Positions 31,184-40,864 of a DNA stretch of 64,000 nucleotides are shown one piece after another. This DNA comes from an uncultured delta proteobacterium (GTDB lineage: Bacteria > Desulfobacterota > Binatia > UBA9968). The translations under genes were made by a program, and so were the position numbers. Numbering within the stretch: position 1 is the first letter of the stretch; the number at the start of each line of letters is the position of its first letter. The notes below the pieces were generated by a model that ran no database searches, was not told the origin of the DNA, and saw only the letters and a program-made list of their open reading frames with translations. Where the stretch lies: positions 1-64,000 of the forward strand of contig CAVTUQ010000039.1 of NCBI GenBank assembly GCA_963737905.1, written 5' to 3'.

Positions 31184-31753
31184 TCAACCGCGTCTCAATT
31201 TATCGCGCTGCTCCTTGGTGAGCACCGCATCGATCTGCTTCTGGGCGCTGAGCGATAGGTCAAACATCTGTTGGCGCAGCTCCGACATCTTGCGGTAGCT
31301 CTTGCTGAGCGCTGCGTCATCGCGTTGGTCCGAGTAGTACTGCTCGTTCATCAGCGCTTGCTCATCCTGCATCTTGCCCATAATTTCCCAGTGCTTGCGC
31401 CGCACGTCGTTCTGGATCTTGGCAATCTTGCTGCGTTGCTCTGCGCTGAGATTGAGATCAGATCTCGTACCGTAACCGAACATCGTGCCAGAACCCATGC
31501 CGTAGTCGGGGCCGAAACTGCCCATCATACCTGGTCCCATCCCGTAACCACCGCCCCAACCCGGACCCATCATCCCTGGTCCCATTCCATAGCCGTATCC
31601 CGGTCCATAACCGTACCCTCCTCCAGGACCCATCCCATAGCCCGGACCGGGCTGAGTCCCCTTATCGCCGGGAGCCGGAGATTGAGCAAAAGCAGAGGTT
31701 GTCAAAACCAGCAAAAACAATATCGCGAATATCGCCGAGACTTTCTTTTTCAT
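31184..31753 (-). CDS. Spy/CpxP/ZraP family periplasmic protein with GYGMGPG repeats
   Basis: Signal peptide, repeated GYGMGPGMMG, LNLSAEQ and VLTKEQ (LTxxQ) motifs. Confidence 0.85.
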   Translation of the reverse strand: MKKKVSAIFAILFLLVLTTSAFAQSPAPGDKGTQPGPGYGMGPGGGYGYGPGYGYGMGPGMMGPGWGGGYGMGPGMMGSFGPDYGMGSGTMFGYGTRSDLNLSAEQRSKIAKIQNDVRRKHWEIMGKMQDEQALMNEQYYSDQRDDAALSKSYRKMSELRQQMFDLSLSAQKQIDAVLTKEQRDKLRRG

Positions 31754-31902
31754 TGTGCTTCCTCCCTCTTACGAACTCTTTTAGATTGTCTTATTGTATG
31801 TCGATCAGTGATAACATTTATTCCACCTCACGGAGACGCCCGCCCGTTGAATCATCCCGTGCCAGCATTAAGCAGCGGTTCTATTTATTAACAGAGAACG
31901 GT

Positions 31903-32211
31903 TTACGGATTCTTCTTGTCGTCTTTCTTTTCCAGCTTGTATTCCGGAAGATAACGCTGGAGATATTCTTCAACAAAAGCCTTGGCCCGTGCCTTCTGCT
32001 CTTCAGGTGTGAGATTCGGAGAGGGTTGGCTTTGCTGGGAGCCCTGGCCGTAGCCTGGCCCGTAACCTTGACCACCACCCATCATTCCTTGTCCTCCTCC
32101 GCCGTAACCTTGCCCCATCATACCTCCACCCATTTGGGCGAAAGCGTAAGATGTTAATGTGATAAGAAATAATGCCAGTGGAATGACAAGTGGCTTCTTT
32201 TTGATGTTCAT
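31903..32211 (-). CDS. Secreted Gly/Met-rich hypothetical protein
   Basis: Signal peptide ending AFA, then MGGGMMGQGYGG repeats. Confidence 0.75.
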   Translation of the reverse strand: MNIKKKPLVIPLALFLITLTSYAFAQMGGGMMGQGYGGGGQGMMGGGQGYGPGYGQGSQQSQPSPNLTPEEQKARAKAFVEEYLQRYLPEYKLEKKDDKKNP

Positions 32212-32249
32212 TGCTGCTCCGCATTAAGTTGATTTGGAAAATATAAACC

Positions 32250-32266
32250 AGCAAAGCTAGTGCCAT
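32250..32266 (-). promoter_or_regulatory. Putative sigma-54 promoter
   Basis: ATGGCACTAGCTTTGCT: GG-N10-GC about 40 nt upstream of 32211. Confidence 0.65.
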
Positions 32267-32525
32267 CATTCCTGCGCTCCGTGTTTCTTTGCTTGCGCGC
32301 ACTGTTTAGTCCGTAAGAAGTCGAGTTCATTAAATAAGGCCGCCACTTTTTCGAAGGCCAAAGGATATTTCCACATCACTCAGACCAATACGCCACAGTT
32401 AGCACGCATTTTTGTCGCACTTTCGCCGGAGACGAAGCAATATGCTTTCCTCATATTTCGCTTCAATGACAAAATACCAGTGTTCGATTCTCATTCTTGC
32501 AAATGACTCTATCCTCTAAACAGCT

Positions 32526-35051
32526 CTATAGCTTCATCTTGTTAAGCCGCAGCGCATTGGTAATCACCGACACTGAACTGAACGTCATCGCGGCGCTCGC
32601 AATGATCGGACTTAACAAGAGGCCAAAGAAGGGATAGAGCGCTCCGGCCGCAATGGGAATTCCCAAGATATTGTAGATGAAAGCAAAGAACAGGTTCTGG
32701 CGTATGTTCCGCATCGTTCCGTGGCTGAGCCGGCGCGCGTTGGCGATGCCTCTAAGATCACCTTTGACAAGTGTTATCCCCGCGCTTTCCATTGCTACGT
32801 CAGTCCCCGTTCCCATCGCTATGCCCACATGCGCCTGAGCCAGAGCCGGAGCATCATTGATTCCGTCACCTGCCATCGCGACCATTTTCCCTTCCGCTTG
32901 CAGACGCTTGACGACCTCGCCTTTCTGCTCGGGCAAAACCTCCGCTTGAATCTCATCGATCCCGAGCTTGCCCGCCACGGCTTCGGCCGTCGTGCGATTG
33001 TCCCCGGTGAGCATCACGATTTTGACTCCTTCCTTGTGCAACAGCTGGATCGCTTCGGGAGTCGAGTTCTTGATCGGGTCGGCCACACCGACCAGACCCA
33101 CAAGCTCGCGCTCGACAACGACGGACATGACTGTCTGTCCGTCACGGCGCAGTTCCTCGGCGCGATTCGACAACGCCGTAGGTCGCACACCCATTTCTTC
33201 GAGGAGCTTTTGATTTCCGAGCCCCACTGCTTTTCCGTCTACGGTACCCATCACACCTTTTCCCGTGACAGAGCGAAAGTCCGTTGCCTCAGTAAGCTTG
33301 ATGCCCCGCTCACGAGTCCCGTCAACGATGGCCGCGGCGAGCGGATGTTCGCTCCCTCGCTCGAGGCTCCCCGCCAACCGCAGAATTTCGTCTTCGTTTT
33401 TACCGCTCGCGGGAATCACCGACACGAGGCGGGGCTTGCCCTCGGTGAGCGTTCCAGTCTTATCGACCACAAGCGTGTCAATTTTTTCCATCACCTCCAG
33501 AGCTTCCGCATTCTTGATCAGCACTCCGGCTCCCGCCCCGCGCCCCGTGCCCACCATAATTGACACCGGGGTAGCCAATCCCAACGCACAGGGGCAGGCG
33601 ATGATTAATACCGCCACTGCATTGACGAGAGCATGGGCCAAGCGCGGCGCCGGCCCCACCAGCCCCCAGATCACAAAGGTGATGATCGCCACCAAAACAA
33701 CTGCTGGGACGAAATAAGAGGCAACGATGTCTGCCAACTTCTGTATCGGCGCGCGGCTTCGTTGGGCTTCGCTTACCATACGAACGATTTGAGCAAGGAG
33801 CGTATCGCTTCCTACACGCTCGGCCCGCATGGTAAAGCTTCCAGTCCCATTGACGGTTCCGCCTGTAATGCGACTCTCTTTCACTTTTTCTACCGGAATG
33901 GGCTCGCCAGTGATCATCGACTCGTCAACCGACGTGGTGCCGTCCAGCACCACGCCGTCAACCGGGATTTTTTCTCCGGGACGGACCCGAAGGCGATCAC
34001 CCGGCGTTACGCGCTCCAACGGAATATCCTCTTCGCTCCCATCGTCGCGTAGCAGCCGCGCTGTTTTAGGCGCAAGTCCGAGCAGCGCTTTGATAGCGCT
34101 ACTGGTTCGGCTGCGGGCTCGCAGCTCAAGCACCTGACCCAGGAGAACCAAGGTTGTGATGACCGCGGCAGCGTCAAAATAAACTGCGACCTGTCCTTCA
34201 GGCCCGCGGAACGATTCTGGAAATAGGTTCGGAAATATCGCCGCAATGAGACTGTAAACGTAGGCCGTTCCGACACCGATGGCGATGAGGGTGAACATGT
34301 TGAGACTACGATTAACGATCGATGCCCAACCGCGCTGGAAGAACGGCCAACCACCCCAGAGGACAACGGGAGTGGCAAGCGCTAATTGAAACCAGTTGAG
34401 AAAATGCGGTGAAAACCAGCGGTGAACCGGCTGGCCCGGAATAAATTCGGCAAGAGCGAAAAATAGCAGAGGGGCACTAATAACCGCGCTAATCCAAAAC
34501 CTCCTTGTCATGTCCACAAGCTCGGGATTCGCTTCCTCTTCCAGTGTGACAGTTCTCGGCTCGAGCGCCATGCCGCAGATCGGACAGGATCCCGGCTCCG
34601 GCCGCACAATCTCTGGATGCATCGGGCAAACATATTCGGTTCTGCTCGGAGAAAATGAGGTCGGGCTCTCCGGCTCCAGAGTCATGCCGCATTTGGGGCA
34701 AGGTCCAGGCTTGTTTTCGCGAACCTCCGGATCCATAGGACAGACATAGGCGACAGACTGTGCGTCGCGTTCGCCGTGCGTACCGCTGCTCCCGCTTCTC
34801 CCGGTTTTTTCCTTCCCCCTCGACGGGGGAAGGTCAGGATGGGGGTGCCACGATTCCGGATGCACACGTGTACCCTGCTCATTAGCGCTGGACTTCAGAA
34901 ACTTCTCAGGATCTTCTTTGAACTTTGCCAAGCAATGCTTGCTGCAAAAATAATAGACCCGCCCGTCATGCTCGTGCTTTCCCGCGGCGCTATTCGGTTG
35001 AACCTCCATTCCACAAACAGGATCAATCATTGTTGAATCTCCCTGGGGCAT
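32526..35051 (-). CDS. copA: Cu(I)-translocating P1B ATPase with YHS domain, copy 2 (intact)
   Basis: [40 protein letters not shown] and MxxSS motifs. Confidence 0.93.
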   Translation of the reverse strand: MPQGDSTMIDPVCGMEVQPNSAAGKHEHDGRVYYFCSKHCLAKFKEDPEKFLKSSANEQGTRVHPESWHPHPDLPPSRGKEKTGRSGSSGTHGERDAQSVAYVCPMDPEVRENKPGPCPKCGMTLEPESPTSFSPSRTEYVCPMHPEIVRPEPGSCPICGMALEPRTVTLEEEANPELVDMTRRFWISAVISAPLLFFALAEFIPGQPVHRWFSPHFLNWFQLALATPVVLWGGWPFFQRGWASIVNRSLNMFTLIAIGVGTAYVYSLIAAIFPNLFPESFRGPEGQVAVYFDAAAVITTLVLLGQVLELRARSRTSSAIKALLGLAPKTARLLRDDGSEEDIPLERVTPGDRLRVRPGEKIPVDGVVLDGTTSVDESMITGEPIPVEKVKESRITGGTVNGTGSFTMRAERVGSDTLLAQIVRMVSEAQRSRAPIQKLADIVASYFVPAVVLVAIITFVIWGLVGPAPRLAHALVNAVAVLIIACPCALGLATPVSIMVGTGRGAGAGVLIKNAEALEVMEKIDTLVVDKTGTLTEGKPRLVSVIPASGKNEDEILRLAGSLERGSEHPLAAAIVDGTRERGIKLTEATDFRSVTGKGVMGTVDGKAVGLGNQKLLEEMGVRPTALSNRAEELRRDGQTVMSVVVERELVGLVGVADPIKNSTPEAIQLLHKEGVKIVMLTGDNRTTAEAVAGKLGIDEIQAEVLPEQKGEVVKRLQAEGKMVAMAGDGINDAPALAQAHVGIAMGTGTDVAMESAGITLVKGDLRGIANARRLSHGTMRNIRQNLFFAFIYNILGIPIAAGALYPFFGLLLSPIIASAAMTFSSVSVITNALRLNKMKL
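34810..34847. repeat. Palindromic REP-like element inside the copA2 linker
   Basis: CCTTCCCCC-TCGAC-GGGGGAAGG perfect 9-bp stem followed by TCAGGATGGGGG; encodes [13 protein letters not shown]; absent from copA1. Confidence 0.6.
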
Positions 35052-35082
35052 AAACGACACTCCCAAACGATTTGTACCGCAT

Positions 35083-35745
35083 TTACTGCTCACTTTCTCG
35101 AAACGCACCCGCCGACATCAACTTTTTCCACTCGCCTTGTCTGGAAAAAAACATCGGCACGCTTTGCCGATAGGCTTCATAGGCGGCGCCGAATTTCTGC
35201 ACCATCTTTTCCTCTTCTTTTTTCGAAAGGCGATAATAAACCCACACGATAACGGGAAATAAAACCACTGTCGGAATGGTCGGCCAGTGAATCAACTGGC
35301 CAAAGACCGCAAGAAAAATACCCGTGTACTGAGGATGCCGGACAACGCCGTAAAGCTTGTCCGTCGCTAGCCGCCCTTCCTTGGTTGCAAGATAAATTTC
35401 CTTCCAACCCTCCGCGAGTAGAGAGATGCCGGCAAAAACGAAGGTGTATCCCACGATCATTTCAACCATGGCGCCCAGAGGTCCCCAGCCAAAGAGATAG
35501 GCCCAGAGGTGGCCGGTGTCGTGTGCCCAGGGAAGCTTTATTCCCAACCAGCCGGTCAACAGATAGATCGTCAGTGGAAAGCCGTACATCTCTGCGTATA
35601 GAGCGATGATGAAGGCCTGGACGAGACGAGCCCTTGTCCATTCTCTCCACCCTTTAGGCGCCACATAGCGGTAAAGGATCCATGAAGCTATCACCATCAT
35701 GATGATCGAAAGCTCCCAAAAACCGATGTCTGATCCCTGGTCCAT
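35083..35745 (-). CDS. Isoprenylcysteine carboxyl methyltransferase (ICMT/PEMT) family membrane protein
   Basis: [26 protein letters not shown] and EE..M..KFG..YEAY..VP motifs. Confidence 0.9.
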   Translation of the reverse strand: MDQGSDIGFWELSIIMMVIASWILYRYVAPKGWREWTRARLVQAFIIALYAEMYGFPLTIYLLTGWLGIKLPWAHDTGHLWAYLFGWGPLGAMVEMIVGYTFVFAGISLLAEGWKEIYLATKEGRLATDKLYGVVRHPQYTGIFLAVFGQLIHWPTIPTVVLFPVIVWVYYRLSKKEEEKMVQKFGAAYEAYRQSVPMFFSRQGEWKKLMSAGAFRESEQ

Positions 35746-35882
35746 TGACGTGTCCTTATCCCTCAGCCCATGTAAGCGACAAAACGTAGTCGTATTCGCG
35801 TCCTTCGGGGATCGATTTCCAACAGCACTGGCCGGACGGCCACAAAAGGAAATCCATCTTCATTCAACCCGCTTCGACCGTA

Positions 35883-37139
35883 TCAGCGATCGAGAACCTC
35901 CTTTATCAACTTCAATTCATCCCGCATCAGTCTCGGCAGCAAGAAATTCTCCCGCACCTTTTCTCGCCCGGCAGCACCGAAGGCATTTCTCTCTTCTACA
36001 TTGTCCAACAGGTCCAAGACCTTGTTTGCACATCCCTCGACATCCTCAACCAGATACTCTTGATAGGCTTCCGGAAACTGCATGGGAATTCCGCCCGCTC
36101 GTCCGGCGACCACCGGTTTTCCCTTCCATAACGCTTCGGACACGACCAAGCCGAATCCTTCTCTGAGCGACTTTTGAATCACCACGTCGGCGCCGCGTTG
36201 AAACGCGTTCACTTCCATATTTCCCACTCCGGTGAGATTCGTGAACACGTACATGTCCTTGTCCTTTGCCGATTCGGCGTTGATAATTTCCAGCATGCGC
36301 CAGCCCTCCGGATCATCTCCGGCCATGGCGCCGATGAGCGCCAACTGGACTTCCGGTCGCTTTTCTTTTGCCAAACGATACGCCTTGATGACGCCCAACG
36401 GATCCTTCCATGGATCAAATCGGGAGACCTGAAGTAGCAGGGGGCGGTTAAGATCAACGCCGGCATTGGCCAGTGCTCGTTTGCAAACCTCCTCTGGAAG
36501 ATCCATGTTTTTTGTGCTCAGAGGATCGATGGCGGGAGGAATGAAGACCGCGTGTGCCGTATTCAGGTCCGGCGGGCAAAACTCTGTCATCGTAAAAACC
36601 ACGGCGTCGTATTCCTCGATGAAGGGCTTCAGAAAGTTCCATACACGGGGGTTAGGCTCCGAGCTATCGATGTGGCAGCGCCAGATCCAGCGCGCCCGGT
36701 TCGCTTTCGCAAAGTGTCTCAAAGCGGCGGGCTGTGGGTCGTGAACGACGTAAACATCATAGGCGCCTTCAATCATCTGGGCACAGGCACGGTCACGATC
36801 GAGATAGGTTCGCTTGATCGTCTCCGTGAGATCGAGATCTGCACCTTGCAGAGCATTATGAAACGCCTTCGTCACTTCGAAAAAAGGCGCGTCGCCGTGG
36901 ATAACTCTCCAATCTGCGTTCACTCCCATCGCATCCAGGATGGGAATTTCCGCAGCGAGAAGCTCGGCGACGCCGCCGCCGGCTGCGGTGGCATTGATCT
37001 GGCAAATTCGAATTCCCGCTAACGAATTCGCCAACCTTTCCAACTCATCGATCAAGGCATCACCGACCAAGGGACGGTAATTGTCCGGATCGGTCGACTG
37101 CGCGCAGCAGTGACGACCAACACTTACTTGTGGAAGCAT
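35883..37139 (-). CDS. treT: GT4 glycosyltransferase, trehalose synthase TreT-like
   Basis: INATAAGGGVAELL, TKAFHNALQG, VHDPQP, WRCHID, SRFDPWKDP and KSLREGFGL motifs. Confidence 0.85.
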   Translation of the reverse strand: MLPQVSVGRHCCAQSTDPDNYRPLVGDALIDELERLANSLAGIRICQINATAAGGGVAELLAAEIPILDAMGVNADWRVIHGDAPFFEVTKAFHNALQGADLDLTETIKRTYLDRDRACAQMIEGAYDVYVVHDPQPAALRHFAKANRARWIWRCHIDSSEPNPRVWNFLKPFIEEYDAVVFTMTEFCPPDLNTAHAVFIPPAIDPLSTKNMDLPEEVCKRALANAGVDLNRPLLLQVSRFDPWKDPLGVIKAYRLAKEKRPEVQLALIGAMAGDDPEGWRMLEIINAESAKDKDMYVFTNLTGVGNMEVNAFQRGADVVIQKSLREGFGLVVSEALWKGKPVVAGRAGGIPMQFPEAYQEYLVEDVEGCANKVLDLLDNVEERNAFGAAGREKVRENFLLPRLMRDELKLIKEVLDR

Positions 37140-38137
37140 AAGATCACCTCCCGCATAAACTTAGCTGTCTCTTCGGGCAAAGCAGTGTTAATAGACATCC
37201 CCGAGCCCAGTTCAAACCCGGCGACCTTCGTCAATCGAGGAATGATCTGAATGTGCCAAAGATAATAGCTCTTCTGTTCGTCCTCCACTGGGGCTGAATG
37301 AATGACGTAGTTGTAATCCGGGTCCCCCAGCGCTTCGTGAAGCGATTCGAGGGTCACCTTGAGCACATGGGCCAACTCCGGGAGATCTTCTTCGGGGACT
37401 TTACCAAAGCTCGGTTGGTGCTTTTTCGGTCCGATCCAAGTTTCAAACGGGAATTTCGATGCAAAAGGATGAAAGACCACGAACTGCTCGGTATCAATGA
37501 TGAGTCTCTCCCGAAGCGCGGTTTCATCCTGCAGAACGTCGCAATAAAGACACCGCCCCGTGTCATCATAGTAAGTGGTCGCCACCTCGTATTTTCGCCT
37601 GATATCCTTTGGAACTACGGGTGTCGCAATCACCTGCGAGTGCGGGTGTTCGAGCGATGTTCCCGCAGATTCCCCGTGATTTCGGAATATTAAAATCAGT
37701 TTTGCCCAGCCTTCCTCACGAAGACGGCGATATCTTTCTTGATAGGCTCTCAATACGTCGAGAATCTGCGTTTCCGGCAAAAGCGCGAGGGTCTGTTCAT
37801 GCTCCGGCGTTTCGATGATCACCTCGTGGGCGCCAACGCCTTCCATCTCGCGGTAAATGCTTCCGACCTTTTTGTGTTCGATTGTCCCACCCGGGACGAG
37901 AGCGGCGAACTTATTAGAAACGACCCTGACGGACCAAGGTGAACTTTCATTTTTTCGGAGAACAAAGATTTCAGGAGGAGTCGAAGTTTCGTTTCCTGGA
38001 CAAAAGGGACAGGTCGCTTTCGACCTTTCTCCCTCACGAGGAAAACCGTGTTTCACAAAGTCGTGGGGACGCTTCGCCCTCTCGGTCGCAAAGATCACCC
38101 ATTCTTTGGTTGTCGGATCTTGTCTAAGTGTGGGCAA
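37124..38137 (-). CDS. galT: Galactose-1-phosphate uridylyltransferase family protein
   Basis: ERAKRP, CPFCPGNE, HEVIIE, GTSLEHPHSQ (HxHxQ) and AGFELGSG motifs. Confidence 0.9.
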   Translation of the reverse strand: MPTLRQDPTTKEWVIFATERAKRPHDFVKHGFPREGERSKATCPFCPGNETSTPPEIFVLRKNESSPWSVRVVSNKFAALVPGGTIEHKKVGSIYREMEGVGAHEVIIETPEHEQTLALLPETQILDVLRAYQERYRRLREEGWAKLILIFRNHGESAGTSLEHPHSQVIATPVVPKDIRRKYEVATTYYDDTGRCLYCDVLQDETALRERLIIDTEQFVVFHPFASKFPFETWIGPKKHQPSFGKVPEEDLPELAHVLKVTLESLHEALGDPDYNYVIHSAPVEDEQKSYYLWHIQIIPRLTKVAGFELGSGMSINTALPEETAKFMREVILCFHK

Positions 38138-38170
38138 TGTTCTTTTCCTTGTTAACCGAGCGCTTTTTGC

Positions 38171-38317
38171 CTAATCCTTGGCATACTTCTCTGGCTCCTT
38201 CTCAAACTTCGCCTTGCATCCCGCAGAACAGAAGTAATAGGTCTTTCCTTTGTAGTCAGCCGTGCCGGCGGCTTTACTTTCGTCTACATTCATTCCACAA
38301 ATTGGATCCTTTGCCAT
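38171..38317 (-). CDS. Stand-alone YHS domain protein
   Basis: MAKDPICGMNVD...YYFCSAGCKAKFEKEPEKY. Confidence 0.9.
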   Translation of the reverse strand: MAKDPICGMNVDESKAAGTADYKGKTYYFCSAGCKAKFEKEPEKYAKD

Positions 38318-38400
38318 TGTCGTCTCCCTCCTTGCCAACTTCATGTTCATTTGTCCGTGTATGCTCTCTGTTTTAGATTTTCTCTTTGGCCGCGCAACTC

Positions 38401-38865
38401 TCATGCAGACTTCCTCACGGCGATTTGATCTCCTCGAACATTCACAACATACGGTTCCAATGGTCTCGGAGGCGGTCCAGCTATGTTTTTTCCGTTGGGA
38501 TCATAATGGCCGTTATGGCACGCGCACCAAATGTGACTCAGGTCGAGCCGGTACTGAACGATACAAGCGAGATGGGTGCAAATTGCGGTAAAGGCCCTCA
38601 GATCTCCATCCGGAGTTCGAATCAAGATTCCCGGCTGGCTCCCGAACTTGAAGATCTGCCCGCTGTTGGCTTTTACGTCCTCCGGTTTGATTGACAGGGT
38701 CACAGCGCGAGCCGTTGACTCCTCTACTCTCGGCGGAACGATGTATCGTGTCACCGGGTATAGGGTCGAAACGATTAACGCGCCGGCACTGGTCCCCAGA
38801 AACCAGTTAAGAAGCTCCCGGCGGCTAACGTTCCACCCGCCGCCATCTTCCGTTTGCGTCGTCAC
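38401..38865 (-). CDS. Tat-exported Rieske [2Fe-2S] protein
   Basis: SRRELL twin-arginine signal; CTHLAC, CACHNG and GPPPRPL motifs. Confidence 0.9.
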   Translation of the reverse strand: MTTQTEDGGGWNVSRRELLNWFLGTSAGALIVSTLYPVTRYIVPPRVEESTARAVTLSIKPEDVKANSGQIFKFGSQPGILIRTPDGDLRAFTAICTHLACIVQYRLDLSHIWCACHNGHYDPNGKNIAGPPPRPLEPYVVNVRGDQIAVRKSA

Positions 38866-38912
38866 ACTACCAACGCTTTTTTTCTTCTGCCAAGATGAAC
38901 CCACGTTAAGTT

Positions 38913-39836
38913 TCATTTGATTCTTTCCTGTATGCTTTCCGCCCGTGGCGGAAGCGACGAATCCGATTTCACTGTCTCCGCCCAAAGGACTTCATACACT
39001 CGGTGAAGTCCTGAGAACCCTTTCAAGCGCGCGAACCCAAGGAAGTGGATAGGAACCGACACCGGCGCCTGTTTGCGCAACTCCTGGGCTGCCTCTTCGT
39101 CAATAAAAATCCGATTACGTTCGGGGATCTCATTCAGTTTGCTGTTCTCACCCTCTACTTGCCTGAAACTCTCGGCCACGAGTCCCTGAAGACGAAAGGC
39201 TTTATTGATCGCTGCGCCATGACGGTCACCGGTGCCATCCATGAAAATTTCGCCATAGCTGATCCCCGCGCGCAGTTCCAAGCTAGGGGCGGGTGAAAGA
39301 TCCGGCGGCCGTTCGATGAAATCCCTCAACAGGCCAGTCGCTGTCTGACATGCACTCAAGACCGAGGGGAAAGTCATGAAACAACCGTCACCAGTGTTTT
39401 TCGTGAAAGTAGGTCCACGGGCGTTAGCCAGGGCTGAAGTACGCTCCTGCAAAATCTCTGCGGCATGCAGAGCTAATCCCTCGCCATAATGAGTCGCAAG
39501 ATGCGTGGAGCCCACCAAATCCACGACCAGAACCGCTTCGCTTATGGAAACCTCCGGGGTTTGTCTCCTGCGCATTCGTGATCGAATGACTCGGTATGCA
39601 AAAATTCCAACCCCCCCAAGGGCCAAGCCAAGCAACACCAAAAAGGTCCGCTACCGATAAAATGGTGTTGGTTCGAGCAGGCGCTCCATCGGCATTTCGC
39701 CGATCTGCTCCTCTGGCATCATTCGGCCGGCTCCCGGACTTTCCTGCGCCACCGCGCCAACGGACGACAACGCCACTACCACCGCGATAACCAGTATCCA
39801 CGAGACACCCAACCCTGTTTGATTCCGATTGAACAC
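38913..39836 (-). CDS. Membrane-anchored class III adenylate/guanylate cyclase, in-frame TAG at 39651-39653
   Basis: VVDLVGST, KNTGDG, LRAGISYGE and GAAINKAFRLQ motifs. The signal-peptide ORF 39651..39836 is in frame with 38913..39641. Confidence 0.75.
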
Positions 39837-40030
39837 TAGCTTAGATCCTTCTTTCTCGATTCAAACTCTTCCCTACTAATCTCACCCCGCGCATAGCGCT
39901 GACGCGGAATCTCAAATGCCGAATCGGATTGAGACTCCTTGCCCTGACCCATCAGCCAGCGAACGGCAACGACAACCGCCACGACTATCAGCAGCCAAAC
40001 TAAAATCATCATGATCAGTCTTGCCTCCAA
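39836..40030 (-). CDS. SHOCT domain membrane protein (short, possibly 5'-truncated)
   Basis: TM helix then SDSAFEIPRQRYARGEISREEFE. Confidence 0.7.
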   Translation of the reverse strand: MEARLIMMILVWLLIVVAVVVAVRWLMGQGKESQSDSAFEIPRQRYARGEISREEFESRKKDLS

Positions 40031-40042
40031 AGTACTGTTGCT

Positions 40043-40498
40043 CTACGTCATTGCATGAGCCTTCGAAAACTTGACGACCCTGCTGGCCATGTAAGCTATT
40101 CCTGCGAGGTTGCACGCCAATCCGAACCAGAACAATTCAATTTGATATTGCGCCACCAAAGCGATCGCCCCGGCGGCACCCACCACCGGGAGGATGTTGG
40201 TCAGGTAATGCGCGCAACACGAAATCATCGCCGCAGTGGAGGTCGTCCCCGACACGGCGACGACTTTGCCTGACATGTCCATGTCCCGGATTGCGCTTCG
40301 AAGATAGCTGTAGAGTCCAATCTGTACGCCGAATCCAGCCGCCAGTGAAACAATAAAATACCAAAAGTCCAAAAATTGCCTGACGGTGAACTCCCAACCC
40401 GACACCGCGGCAAGAATCACAAAGTAGACCCCGAGCAGAGCCGCCATTGCACTAACTCCGAAAGCAACCGAACTCCAAATAATCCTAGTCCGGTTCAC
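40043..40498 (-). CDS. Membrane protein with MISCCAH metal-binding motif
   Basis: Four TM segments and STAAMISCCAHYL; resembles proteins found in copper clusters. Confidence 0.75.
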   Translation of the reverse strand: MNRTRIIWSSVAFGVSAMAALLGVYFVILAAVSGWEFTVRQFLDFWYFIVSLAAGFGVQIGLYSYLRSAIRDMDMSGKVVAVSGTTSTAAMISCCAHYLTNILPVVGAAGAIALVAQYQIELFWFGLACNLAGIAYMASRVVKFSKAHAMT

Positions 40499-40585
40499 CT
40501 TTTTCCCCTCTCTCGCTATCAAATAGACTTTCCACGCCAGGCCGATCCAATCGCGCGACATCCACGCAAATTTTTGCCGACTCTC

Positions 40586-40840
40586 TCAGCCCCATTTGCG
40601 TTGATAAAAATTGTAGATCGGCGTGTAGACCAGTCCCCCATAGACTCCATAAAGAAAACTCTCCACCAAACCGATAACAAAGCTCCCCACGGTCAACCAC
40701 TTGAAACCCGGCAACGTAATCTCCAGGAACTGCACCATATGAAAAGTTTCCGGGACGACCAGGCCGTACACCACGCAAACGACATAGCTAACCGTCGTAA
40801 AAGTCGCCAGTGACCACGTCAGAACGCGAATGTTCAGCAT
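40586..40840 (-). CDS. Small membrane protein, DUF5676-like
   Basis: SYVVCV, FH...LPGFKWLT..SF.IGLVES.LYG.Y pattern. Confidence 0.7.
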   Translation of the reverse strand: MLNIRVLTWSLATFTTVSYVVCVVYGLVVPETFHMVQFLEITLPGFKWLTVGSFVIGLVESFLYGVYGGLVYTPIYNFYQRKWG

Positions 40841-40864
40841 ATGCTCCTCCAGTCATTCTTGTTT

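Noticed and set aside
39651-39653. Pyrrolysine recoding of the cyclase TAG
   Set aside because: The position is non-catalytic, and there are no pyl or methylamine methyltransferase genes in the window.
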